Part shown: in pieces, positions 28,163 through 37,122 of the stretch
Layout of the letters: each line of letters opens with the position of its first letter
Position numbering within the stretch: the stretch's first letter is position 1
NCBI GenBank assembly: GCA_947591505.1
Contig: CANQDM010000002.1
Coordinates: 1 to 60,682 of the forward strand
DNA from: an uncultured Bacilli bacterium
GTDB lineage: Bacteria; Bacillota_I; Bacilli_A; RF39; UBA660
DNA: 60,682 nucleotides
Direction: 5' to 3'
Position numbers and translations under genes: made by a program
The notes under the pieces: model-generated
Told to the model about the DNA's origin: nothing
Seen by the model: only the letters and a program-made list of their open reading frames with translations
The model's database searches: none

Positions 28163-31016
28163 TTTTTACCTTCCTTTCTTTTTTTATATTAACCCCCTCT
28201 TTATTATTTGGATTCTTAGAAGTTATTGCTAACATTCCGCAAGATAAAATAAGTAATGAAAGAGAAATGAATATTAAATAAGAATTTGAAGATGTTTTTG
28301 GTACATCAATAATAACTTCTTTTTCATTTGTCATTTCTGCTTTAACTATTTCACCATTATCTTTTATCTCAAACAACATTTTTTCATTATTTAAAATGTA
28401 ACCTTCAGGTGCTTCACTTTCAACTAAGTAGAATTTACCTTTAAATAAATTTTTAATAGTAATTTTACCTTCTGCATCAGTATAACCTTCATAAATTAAT
28501 ACAGCATCATCAATATTATCTTCATAATAGAAAATTTGCACTTTTGTATTAGGTAATGGATCTCCTGTTACTAAATCCCTTTTCGTAAAATCAAATTCAC
28601 CTTTTCCTAAATAATTTTTAAATGTGAAATTTAAAGTTATTACAGGTGTATATTGATCCTTATATTTTAATTCAAAACAATGTCTTGTTTCATCTAATAC
28701 ATGGTTACCTACAGTAGCATACTCTACTAAACAATATTTACCTAAATATAAATCTTTAATAGTAAAGCTTCCATCTTTGGTTACATACTTATCTATAAAA
28801 TCACCTTTTTTATAAATTAAAGTTCCATCACCAGAATAGATGTCATCATCAGCATATAATTCATAAGTTACCCCATCTAATTCAATTTCTTCATAATGAA
28901 AAGTATTATCTTCAAATACAACTTTTTCACCAATTTTATGTACATTTACTTCACCCATAACTTCTTGGTTTGTAAATCTAACTTCTAATATAAATCCTAA
29001 ATCTTCATCATATTCAAATTCTGATTCTTTATTTATTTTAAAAATTAATGGCTCTTTATTCCATAAATATTTATTTATAGATTGATCCACTTCTTCTAAT
29101 TGATAATTACCACTTAATAAAGGGAATGGTGTATATAAAACTCCATCTTTTGTAGTTTCAAACACACACACTTGTCTTTTATCTGGATAAGAAATTGTTT
29201 GACATACATATTCATTAGTATCAAGATTCTTTATTTTAAACTTAATTCCTGCAATTGGAATTATTTTTTTACTAGCCAAATCAATTTTTAACATTTTTAA
29301 TCTAGCACTAATAGGCCCATTATTAATTATTTTATCAACATCCTTATCTTTTATCTCAAATTCAATACATTGTGCATCTTGCGAGTCTTCAGCACCTTTA
29401 ACTTGACATACTTTATATTTACCATATGGTAAAGTTATTTTTGCTCTACCTTTTTCATCAGTAGTAATTGTATCTACTTTTTTATTTTTACTAATTAAAT
29501 AAATTTCAAATTCAGCATTAGCTTCAGCTTCTATTTCACCGGTAGTACCATCACTTTTAACTTTAAATAGATGTAAATCAAATTTCTTGACATCTTCTTT
29601 TGAAGTTATATTAATAGTAATACCATTATCATTAACAAAAGCACTATAAACTGTTGGATCTAATTCATAACCTTCATTTCCTGTACTTATTTCTTTTACA
29701 GTGTAATGACCATATTCAAGTAAAATTGACTTTGCATAGCAATTTTCATTTATTTCTAATCTATCTACTTCTTTTCCATTAGAATCATAAATAGCATAGA
29801 CAGCGCCAACTAATCGAGCATCACCTTGTGCTTCACATTTATTTGTTTCGGAATCATGTTTGGTTATTGCAATATATCCTTTTTTTATTTCATTTGAGAT
29901 TCTTATACTTGCTTTTGTATTTTCTCTTGTTAAAGTAAAAGTCCATGTTTTATCAGACTTAATCAAATTTTCAAGAGTAGATATTTCTTTAACTGTATAA
30001 GTACCTAATTTTAAACCAGTACATTTACCACTACCACCTGATGTTGTTATTGTACAAACTTCTGATTGTTGTTCATCATAAACACCAAATTTTACACCTG
30101 TTAATGGTTTACCATGTTCATCATATTTTAAGATTTCTACTTCACCATCAACAGCTTCACCTGTAACACTAGCTCTTACAGGATCTACATTACCATTAGT
30201 AATAAAATTTTGTGAATCTTCAAGAGTTAAAAATAACACAGAATTGTTATATGTATTAATATTCTTTTCTAATACTACTGATATTTCACCACCAGCTGTT
30301 GCAGTTACTGATAAAGTATTTTCATTTATTTTTGCTGTACAATTAGTACAATTTTTTACAGTAAATTCACTTAATATATTATTATTATCAGTTAATTCTT
30401 TTGTTTCGCCTTTAACTAAACTTAATGATGAGCCATCAAAACTTGGAGTCTTTGTATGTCTATCCACTAATGTTTGAATTTCATTCATAGCATTTGTAAC
30501 AGCAGATGGATCATTCTTTTTCGTACATCCTTCTTCAGTACATAAACCTGTGGTAAAAACGGTTGGCTCAATAACACGATAAATTAACATTTGAGTTGCA
30601 ACTATATATATATTATCTGTATGGCCACTATAGCCATAACCATAGTGAGCATATAATTGCATTTTAGTTAATTGATCTCTAGTTAATTTGTTAGTTTCTT
30701 TTTCTTGCGTATTATTAACTAAATCCAATATATCACTTGTACTATAATCATAAACATTATAATACCTGCTTCTATGTGCAATCTCGCCTGGAGCGATACA
30801 ATAAGCTTGAGCGCCAAGCGTGCTACCTTCAGTAATTTTGGTGTTTAAAATTTGTCCATAGTGATTAAAATGAGAACTCGACTCCATATGTGCATGATAA
30901 TAACTTCCTACATTTGTTGCAGTTACTTTTGCAGTTTCTGCACTAACACTCTCTTTGCCAAATAATAAAAGCATAAATAAAAATAAAATATACATTAAAT
31001 TTTTTCTTTTTACCAT
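28143..31016 (-). CDS. wall-anchored surface adhesin with Cna-B-type repeats and a possible N-terminal thioester (TQXA-like) domain
   Basis: Signal peptide; repeated G.KF.(I/V)...G......L..G.Y.V.E modules. C-terminal VPKTS (28290..28304) is followed by a hydrophobic helix and a basic tail. AYCIAPG (Cys73) and ATQMLIY (Gln142) are also present. Confidence 0.75.
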   Translation of the reverse strand: MVKRKNLMYILFLFMLLLFGKESVSAETAKVTATNVGSYYHAHMESSSHFNHYGQILNTKITEGSTLGAQAYCIAPGEIAHRSRYYNVYDYSTSDILDLVNNTQEKETNKLTRDQLTKMQLYAHYGYGYSGHTDNIYIVATQMLIYRVIEPTVFTTGLCTEEGCTKKNDPSAVTNAMNEIQTLVDRHTKTPSFDGSSLSLVKGETKELTDNNNILSEFTVKNCTNCTAKINENTLSVTATAGGEISVVLEKNINTYNNSVLFLTLEDSQNFITNGNVDPVRASVTGEAVDGEVEILKYDEHGKPLTGVKFGVYDEQQSEVCTITTSGGSGKCTGLKLGTYTVKEISTLENLIKSDKTWTFTLTRENTKASIRISNEIKKGYIAITKHDSETNKCEAQGDARLVGAVYAIYDSNGKEVDRLEINENCYAKSILLEYGHYTVKEISTGNEGYELDPTVYSAFVNDNGITINITSKEDVKKFDLHLFKVKSDGTTGEIEAEANAEFEIYLISKNKKVDTITTDEKGRAKITLPYGKYKVCQVKGAEDSQDAQCIEFEIKDKDVDKIINNGPISARLKMLKIDLASKKIIPIAGIKFKIKNLDTNEYVCQTISYPDKRQVCVFETTKDGVLYTPFPLLSGNYQLEEVDQSINKYLWNKEPLIFKINKESEFEYDEDLGFILEVRFTNQEVMGEVNVHKIGEKVVFEDNTFHYEEIELDGVTYELYADDDIYSGDGTLIYKKGDFIDKYVTKDGSFTIKDLYLGKYCLVEYATVGNHVLDETRHCFELKYKDQYTPVITLNFTFKNYLGKGEFDFTKRDLVTGDPLPNTKVQIFYYEDNIDDAVLIYEGYTDAEGKITIKNLFKGKFYLVESEAPEGYILNNEKMLFEIKDNGEIVKAEMTNEKEVIIDVPKTSSNSYLIFISLSLLILSCGMLAITSKNPNNKEGVNIKKERKVKNGKKGN

Positions 31017-31043
31017 TAAACCACCCTTTCATTAAAAAAGCAT

Positions 31044-31070
31044 AAAAAAAGTAAGTATTTTTCAACTTAC
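31044..31070 (-). terminator. weak intrinsic terminator/attenuator between lipoprotein and adhesin genes
   Basis: Minus strand reads GTAAGT-N8-ACTTAC followed by TTTTTTT. Confidence 0.4.
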
Positions 31071-31080
31071 ATTAATTTAA

Positions 31081-31785
31081 TTATAAATTTTTGCCAGCAC
31101 ATTCATAACCGATTTGTTTTAAATAATCTACTGATTTTAATTGTTGTCCTAAAATATCTACATTATTAGGAACATATATAACTGGATTATTCTCACATAT
31201 TCCACTTGGAACATATATTTCTAAACTATAAACTTCTTTTGTACAAGTATCATCTGAATATCTTGATGGTGATTTGTCAACAATAAAGCCATAAGAATAA
31301 TATGATATTTTATCCCCAGCAGCATATGCTAGATCAAAAGAATCATATAATCTTGAAGTATTATGTCTATGCAAATAATCACTTTTCCAGCTAACATATT
31401 CTGAATCAGCATCTGTGCAAGTATGCTTTACATTTGTTTCTTCTTTTTTTACTTCTACATTACTTTCTTTTTTTGCGTTAGTTTTTGCACTTGTTTCATT
31501 TTTACTTGTATTTGTATTTTTACTCTCTGATTTGCTTTTATTTGCATTTGTGTTAGTTTTATTATTTTTATCTTCTATTTCTACTTTTTCGGATTTATTT
31601 GAATCAGCTTTATCTTCTGCAACATTTTGTTCTTGAACATCAGTATTTTTACTGTCTTCAGTAACTTTATCATCTTTTTTTGATTCAACTAAATTTTGGA
31701 AAGTTTTATTCTCGGTAACTTTATTTTTGTTACCGCACCCTACTAATAAGAAAACTATTAAAAATATAATTAAAGTTTTCTTCAA
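31081..31785 (-). CDS. lipoprotein with K/E/N/S-rich linker
   Basis: Lipobox FLLVGC at residues 12-17; low-complexity spacer; Cys-containing C-terminal domain. Confidence 0.7.
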   Translation of the reverse strand: MKKTLIIFLIVFLLVGCGNKNKVTENKTFQNLVESKKDDKVTEDSKNTDVQEQNVAEDKADSNKSEKVEIEDKNNKTNTNANKSKSESKNTNTSKNETSAKTNAKKESNVEVKKEETNVKHTCTDADSEYVSWKSDYLHRHNTSRLYDSFDLAYAAGDKISYYSYGFIVDKSPSRYSDDTCTKEVYSLEIYVPSGICENNPVIYVPNNVDILGQQLKSVDYLKQIGYECAGKNL

Positions 31786-31841
31786 AAAACCACTCCTCCT
31801 ATTACAAGTATATTATCATACTTTTAATAAAAAGTCATCAC

Positions 31842-32087
31842 TTAATTTAAAAGTTCTGTATAAGGATTACACAGTAAAGGTGTTGCATAAATGCCTAATA
31901 TATCATGATACTCATTAATTTTTTCACTTAAAGAATCAATATATAAAGTCATTTTTTGATATTTCTTAATAGCTATATCAAGTCTTATTAACATTCTTAA
32001 ATATTCTTGATTAGATATTTTAAGTTCTTCTGTCCGTTCCTTTACTAGATCACTTAAATCTTTACTTAATGACAATCTAATATCCAT
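31842..32087 (-). CDS. small RHH-like protein (81 aa)
   Basis: IRLSLSKDLSDLVKERTEELKISNQEYLRMLIRLDI has a strand-helix-helix pattern. Confidence 0.35.
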   Translation of the reverse strand: MDIRLSLSKDLSDLVKERTEELKISNQEYLRMLIRLDIAIKKYQKMTLYIDSLSEKINEYHDILGIYATPLLCNPYTELLN

Positions 32088-32156
32088 CTTAACCTCCTTT
32101 CTATAAAAAAATAGTTTTTTTATAACGAGATCCCTATAAACTCATAAAAAAAGCAA

Positions 32157-32630
32157 TTATTCAGATTGAATATTTGCCCTATTTGATCTATATGTTACTT
32201 TACTTGTATTTAATAAGTTAAAGTATAATGCAACTTTTATATAGCAACTTTTTCTAATTTTTTTAGTTGTTTTAGGTGATTTTGCTAATGCATCTGCTAG
32301 TTCATCAATTGTTAATCTTTGCTCAATACCAAATTTAAATATAATTTTTTCATCATCAGTTAAAGTGCTTTTTAAATATTTTACTTTGGAATTGAAAGTT
32401 TTAATTTCTTTTAATAATTCTTCTCTTTTAATTGTAGTATTTAATACTGAATCATTTATTGTAAAACTTGGTGATATAACAACTTCTTTTATACGAGTTG
32501 TTGTTTTACCAAAATAATTTTTGGCTAAGTAAACCTTATAATTGTATTCATCAAATTTTTTATGAACACTTTTTACAACTTCCCTAATTTCAAATTTGTC
32601 TAAATAATCTTTTGACAGCAAAATCTTCAT
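32157..32630 (-). CDS. sigma-70 region-4 / ArpU-like transcriptional regulator
   Basis: C-terminal LTDDEKIIFKFGIEQRLTIDELADALAKSPKTTKKIRKSCYIKV HTH; first gene of the long minus-strand conjugation transcription unit. Confidence 0.5.
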   Translation of the reverse strand: MKILLSKDYLDKFEIREVVKSVHKKFDEYNYKVYLAKNYFGKTTTRIKEVVISPSFTINDSVLNTTIKREELLKEIKTFNSKVKYLKSTLTDDEKIIFKFGIEQRLTIDELADALAKSPKTTKKIRKSCYIKVALYFNLLNTSKVTYRSNRANIQSE

Positions 32631-32686
32631 TATTAATTCCCCCTAAACTAAAATGCCAAAACCGCTTTAACTTTTAATTGAAATTT

Positions 32687-32714
32687 ATTTTACAACTTAA
32701 ATTTTAAAAGTCAA
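32687..32714 (-). promoter_or_regulatory. putative promoter of the sigma/ArpU-like gene
   Basis: Minus strand TTGACT-N16-TAAAAT; the -35 lies inside the 28-bp repeat. Confidence 0.4.
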
Positions 32715-32737
32715 GAAAAATCTTGGTATTTTTGCAA
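32710..32737. repeat. 28-bp direct repeat, copy A (GTCAAGAAAAATCTTGGTATTTTTGCAA)
   Basis: Perfect match to 36726..36753. Confidence 0.95.
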
Positions 32738-32774
32738 AACACTTTGCATTTTTGCAACATATAGATAAAATAAA

Positions 32775-32815
32775 AAATAGAAGCTACCTGTCCGGTAAGT
32801 AAAAAACTTCTATTT
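32775..32815 (-). terminator. possible terminator after the MazG-Nudix gene
   Basis: 9-bp stem AAATAGAAG/CTTCTATTT with a 23-nt loop, T-rich tail on the minus strand. Confidence 0.35.
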
Positions 32816-33009
32816 ATAACAAGTTTATCACACATAAATATAAAAGAAAATACCCAAAAATAGTCCAAATTAAAGATAAATTTTTATGCAATATATGGTT
32901 CTAAAAAAGTACCCACAATTTTTTTTGAAACACTTTTGAATTGCCCATTTTAATTATAAAACTCTCAAATTACAAATATAACTTTAACAGCATTTTTTAA
33001 AAGATAAAG

Positions 33010-34533
33010 TTATAAGATTTCTAATTTTTCAATATAACATTTATTAATAATATCAATAATAGAATTATTATTTACATAGTCACAAAGTTCATCATAATAT
33101 TTTTTTGTTTTGCTATTATTTTTAAATTCTTCATTTAGTAAATACGGAATACTTTTATGCTTATAATTTATTTTTAAATAAACTAAATATTCATTTTTTC
33201 TTAAATCTTTTCTTACTTGCATAATTGTAAATCTAAAATTATTTTTAAAATATTCTTTGGTTTGACATACTTTACCATTATCAAAATAAAAATTATCTTT
33301 TAGCTTTCTTCTTTCTTTTTGAGTAATTCTATATAGTTTATTTATCTTTTTTATATTCGATTTAGACAAACTATCTTTTAAGATTGTCATTAATGAAAAG
33401 AATAGTCCATCTTTAATAAAAGCATCATCAAAATTTTTAATACTTAAATTTGTATTTATAATTTTATTATTTACTATCTTCTTTGCTTTTATAACTTTCT
33501 TTTTATTATTAAATAATTTTAAAGCATCATTAAGATTTACTTCTACAAAACCTATTACTTCATTTAAATCAAAATTTTTAAAATCTCTTAAAGTTAAATT
33601 TTTTAAATCTAATAAATAAAAATATTGAAATTCTTTTATAAAATAATTATCATTTATTTTTTTATTGATTTTTCTTTTCTTTAAAAAGATTAAATCTTCA
33701 TATGATACATTTAAGCCGGTTTCTTCCTTTATTTCACGAACACCATTTTTTAATGTTTCCCCACAAGTTAAATGTCCTCCAACTGTAATTTCTAATTTTT
33801 CGGTTTTATTAATATTGTTGTATTTGGGATTTTTTATTTGAAAATAAACTTTTCTCTTATTGCTATTAATAATAATACATCCAAAAACTTTATGCCAAAG
33901 TCCTTGATTATGTGCTTTTTCTTTTTCACAATATCCTAAATGGTTTTCATTACTATCATAAATATCAATATATTCTTTTTTTACTTTGCTATTCTTTTTA
34001 TATCTCTTTAAAAATCCATTAGCATCATCTAACATAAGTTGAAATTCTTTATTCATATCTAAATTATAATATTCAGCTATTTTAAATGCAATAATAAATA
34101 GTTTAAAAATTCTATCTTTGACAAATGCATAACTATTATCAAAGCCATCTCTATTTTTTTTGAATCTACAATCATTTTCTTCCATAATAACTTCTGTTAA
34201 TTGTCCAAGTAATATACTAATACCATTAAGATCTGAATAATTAAAATTTTCAAAATACTTTATTTCATATAAATCTATGTTTAAAGCATTTGCAAGATTT
34301 ATTAATTGTAATATTACATCAGATAATTCATCACCTAAATTACTAATATTTCTTTTATTCTCATTAATATTTGAATCAGAGTATAAGACATTATAAACAT
34401 GACCAACTTGTACATAAAGTTCATTAAGATATATTTGAGGATTCCATTTCTTTGCCTTGGTAATATTAAAATCATTTTCTAATTTTAATGCATCTTTATA
34501 AAATAAATTTAAAAATGAAATAATTTGATTCAT
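33010..34533 (-). CDS. MazG-like / Nudix hydrolase fusion protein with an extra C-terminal region
   Basis: N-terminal LGDELSDVILQLINLANALNIDL (MazG-type helix). Central GLWHKVFGCIII...VGGHLTCGETLKNGVREIKEETGL is a near-canonical Nudix box, one residue short. About 150 C-terminal aa are unassigned. Confidence 0.65.
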   Translation of the reverse strand: MNQIISFLNLFYKDALKLENDFNITKAKKWNPQIYLNELYVQVGHVYNVLYSDSNINENKRNISNLGDELSDVILQLINLANALNIDLYEIKYFENFNYSDLNGISILLGQLTEVIMEENDCRFKKNRDGFDNSYAFVKDRIFKLFIIAFKIAEYYNLDMNKEFQLMLDDANGFLKRYKKNSKVKKEYIDIYDSNENHLGYCEKEKAHNQGLWHKVFGCIIINSNKRKVYFQIKNPKYNNINKTEKLEITVGGHLTCGETLKNGVREIKEETGLNVSYEDLIFLKKRKINKKINDNYFIKEFQYFYLLDLKNLTLRDFKNFDLNEVIGFVEVNLNDALKLFNNKKKVIKAKKIVNNKIINTNLSIKNFDDAFIKDGLFFSLMTILKDSLSKSNIKKINKLYRITQKERRKLKDNFYFDNGKVCQTKEYFKNNFRFTIMQVRKDLRKNEYLVYLKINYKHKSIPYLLNEEFKNNSKTKKYYDELCDYVNNNSIIDIINKCYIEKLEIL

Positions 34534-34535
34534 GA

Positions 34536-35657
34536 TTATTTACCCTCTTTCAAAATAAGTGGCTTAGCCCCATTGAAGGTAGAATTATAAGTATCTAGAA
34601 CGATTTTATTAGATGTAACATAAACTTTAACTCCAAGAATAAATGATAAATAAGAGCAATCTCTAATTTTCAAGTCTAAATTTTTTATTTCCAATCCGCC
34701 AAAATTATCAAATATCAATTGAGCATTTTTAGTATCAAAGCCAAGTTTCAATAGTAATTCATAACATTTGTTTTTTATTAATTCTTTATTAAGTTCTTTA
34801 TGACTTTTTTTACATCTTTCTCTTTGTTCTTTACTGCAATGATTATAATTCAAACATTCTTCACTGCCATAATATTGCGTAGAAGGCTTTTTTAGTTTTG
34901 CATTTAAGCCACAGGTATTAGTTTGAAAAATTTGTTGTGGATGATTATAACCTTTATTAAAGAAATTCCATGCTGATTCAGGCCAAACACAATTTGATTT
35001 TAAACAAGAATCTTTATTTTCTTTTATTGCATCCCAAAAATCTATTTTATCTATAAAATTTTCAATCAATGCAAGACCTGTTGTAACAGAAACATCAGTA
35101 TATTTATTAATAGTATCAAGAACCTCTTTTATTTTCTCAGGATTAGAATTATCAGGTAAAAATGGTCTATAATAATGAATAACATCAATACCATTTTCTT
35201 TTAAAATTTTAAAATTATTAATTAGCTTTTCTTTTGATATACTTGGCTCGTATTCTTTTCCTAAATCTGAATAACTAATATAAAATATTACATTTATCCC
35301 TTTATCTTTTAATTTTTTTACTTTCTCAATAACTATATTTGGTATTGCACATTTCGTTATAATGATTAAATCATTTTTTAAATTATGAGCAATTATTTCA
35401 TCAAATAATGAGAACAAATAATTAATATTATCTAAGTTAACAAAAGCATCAGTATTTGGAAGTAAACAAACTGGTATTGTTTCATCATAATATTTAAAAT
35501 CAATTAATTCTTCTACAGCTTTCTTTGGTGTTACAATTTCCTTTGGACAAGTTTTATTTTCATCTGTAGCTTGTAATAAACAATATTTACATCTATTAGG
35601 ACATCCCACAACAGAATTAATTGCTAGCCAACTAGAATGCATCTCAACAACAGCCAT
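34536..35657 (-). CDS. radical SAM enzyme
   Basis: GCPNRCKYC (CX3CX2C) at 35580..35603 near the N-terminus. ATG at 35657 has AGAGGTGA upstream. The stop is 2 nt before the MazG-Nudix start. There is a C-terminal Cys-rich stretch. Confidence 0.8.
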   Translation of the reverse strand: MAVVEMHSSWLAINSVVGCPNRCKYCLLQATDENKTCPKEIVTPKKAVEELIDFKYYDETIPVCLLPNTDAFVNLDNINYLFSLFDEIIAHNLKNDLIIITKCAIPNIVIEKVKKLKDKGINVIFYISYSDLGKEYEPSISKEKLINNFKILKENGIDVIHYYRPFLPDNSNPEKIKEVLDTINKYTDVSVTTGLALIENFIDKIDFWDAIKENKDSCLKSNCVWPESAWNFFNKGYNHPQQIFQTNTCGLNAKLKKPSTQYYGSEECLNYNHCSKEQRERCKKSHKELNKELIKNKCYELLLKLGFDTKNAQLIFDNFGGLEIKNLDLKIRDCSYLSFILGVKVYVTSNKIVLDTYNSTFNGAKPLILKEGK

Positions 35658-35791
35658 ATAAATCACCTCTGCAAGTGATTTATATCCTATCACAGTTATT
35701 TTATATTAGGTACTATGTATTTATACAAAGAAATTTGCAAAAATACAAACTTTTAATTTAAAGTAAATAAAAAATATTATTCTATTTTTTA

Positions 35792-36676
35792 TTATAGAAT
35801 AATATTAAATAATTTAAGAAATTCCTTTGCTGATGGACAAAGATTATCTTCAATAAACGCAATTGATAAATCTTTTTTTATATCTATATCAAAAGAAAAT
35901 AAATCTTCATTTTTTAATAATCGTTTAGGAATTAATCCAACACCGATACCTTGTTTAATATAATCTAATATTTTTTCATAATTATCAAGTTCCAAAGAAA
36001 TATTTTTATTTATACCTTCATTACTTATGATATCATCTAATTCTATTCTTTCTTTTTTTGCTGTTATTGGTAATATTAATGGAAGATTATCTAAATCTTT
36101 AATAGAATTAATTTCCAATTTAGAAAACTTATTTGAATATGCAAAGCAAAATTCTTCTTGATCTATATTAACTATTTTTATTTTTTTGGATTTTGCTATA
36201 TCATACTTTGGAGTATCAATTATAAAATCCATATAATATTGAGATAATTTTTCAAAAAGTTCATCAGTATATAAATTCATTATCTTAATAACTACATTAG
36301 GATATAATGATTTAAAGTGTGTAATTTTTTGAGATATAAATTCGGAATCAACATCATTAGAAACACCTATTGTTAGTTTACCATTATTTAAATCTTTCTC
36401 TTGCAAGAAATTTTTTTCAGTTATAAATAGTAAATTATATGCTTTTTCATAGCCTTCAAATATTTTTTTGCCATCTTCTGTTAAGCAAAATTTTTTGCCA
36501 ACAATATTATAAATTTTAGTATTGAATATTTTCTCTAAAGCTTCTAAATGCCTAGTTATAGTTGCTCGATCAACTTTTAATTTTTTCATACCTTCATAAA
36601 TGCTTTTTGATTGTCCTAAAATTACTAGTGTTCTAATAACATTTAAATTCATTTTTGGTGTATTTAATTGATTCAT
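35792..36676 (-). CDS. LysR-family transcriptional regulator
   Basis: N-terminal wHTH LNVIRTLVILGQSKSIYEGMKKLKVDRATITRHLEALEKIF plus a ~200-aa substrate-binding-type domain. Confidence 0.85.
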   Translation of the reverse strand: MNQLNTPKMNLNVIRTLVILGQSKSIYEGMKKLKVDRATITRHLEALEKIFNTKIYNIVGKKFCLTEDGKKIFEGYEKAYNLLFITEKNFLQEKDLNNGKLTIGVSNDVDSEFISQKITHFKSLYPNVVIKIMNLYTDELFEKLSQYYMDFIIDTPKYDIAKSKKIKIVNIDQEEFCFAYSNKFSKLEINSIKDLDNLPLILPITAKKERIELDDIISNEGINKNISLELDNYEKILDYIKQGIGVGLIPKRLLKNEDLFSFDIDIKKDLSIAFIEDNLCPSAKEFLKLFNIIL

Positions 36677-36701
36677 AGAATCACTCCCTAAATTGGTAAC
36701 T

Positions 36702-36730
36702 ATCTTAAATCAAAGAAAATATTTTGTCAA
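36702..36730 (-). promoter_or_regulatory. putative promoter of the LysR gene
   Basis: Minus strand TTGACA-N17-TAAGAT, then GGGAG RBS before ATG 36676. Confidence 0.5.
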
Positions 36731-36753
36731 GAAAAATCTTGGTATTTTTGCAA
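36726..36753. repeat. 28-bp direct repeat, copy B
   Basis: Perfect match to 32710..32737. Confidence 0.95.
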
Positions 36754-36780
36754 TTTAATTTTGCTTTTTTGCAAAAATAC
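36742..36780. promoter_or_regulatory. 12-bp perfect inverted repeat GTATTTTTGCAA-N15-TTGCAAAAATAC (candidate operator)
   Basis: Read directly; just upstream of the LysR -35. Confidence 0.6.
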
Positions 36781-36837
36781 AATTAAAATTTTAAAAACAA
36801 TCCATTTTCATTTCTTACTTCTTATAATATCTATTGT

Positions 36838-36870
36838 AAAAGAGTCAAACTAATTCGTGTTTGGCTCTTT
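36838..36870 (-). terminator. hairpin directly after the last gene of the effector operon
   Basis: 12-bp stem AAAGAGTCAAAC/GTTTGGCTCTTT (one mismatch) starting 7 nt after the stop at 36877; weak T tail. Confidence 0.4.
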
Positions 36871-36876
36871 TAATAT

Positions 36877-37122
36877 TTATCTTTTTATATATTCCGAAAT
36901 TTTATCAGTATATTTTAAATTTATCTTTTTTTCTATTGCCTCTTTTAAAATTTCAATTTTTAATTCAGTATTAGGATTTTCATTCCAACTATTAGGAAAT
37001 AGTATAGTATCCCTTTCATACTCTGATATATTATTAAAATCATATATTTCACTCATCATTTTTATATATTTTGACTCTAATAAACTACATAATACATATT
37101 CTCTGTCAAATTCTTCTCTCAT
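36877..37122 (-). CDS. hypothetical small protein (81 aa), last gene of the effector operon
   Basis: TAATG overlap with the upstream gene. Confidence 0.5.
   Translation of the reverse strand: MREEFDREYVLCSLLESKYIKMMSEIYDFNNISEYERDTILFPNSWNENPNTELKIEILKEAIEKKINLKYTDKISEYIKR

Noticed and set aside
147-32630. Prophage interpretation of the left block
   Set aside because: No terminase, portal, capsid, tail or lysis-cassette signatures are present. VirD4, VirB4, relaxase, primase, SSB and an adhesin are present instead, which indicates a conjugative element.
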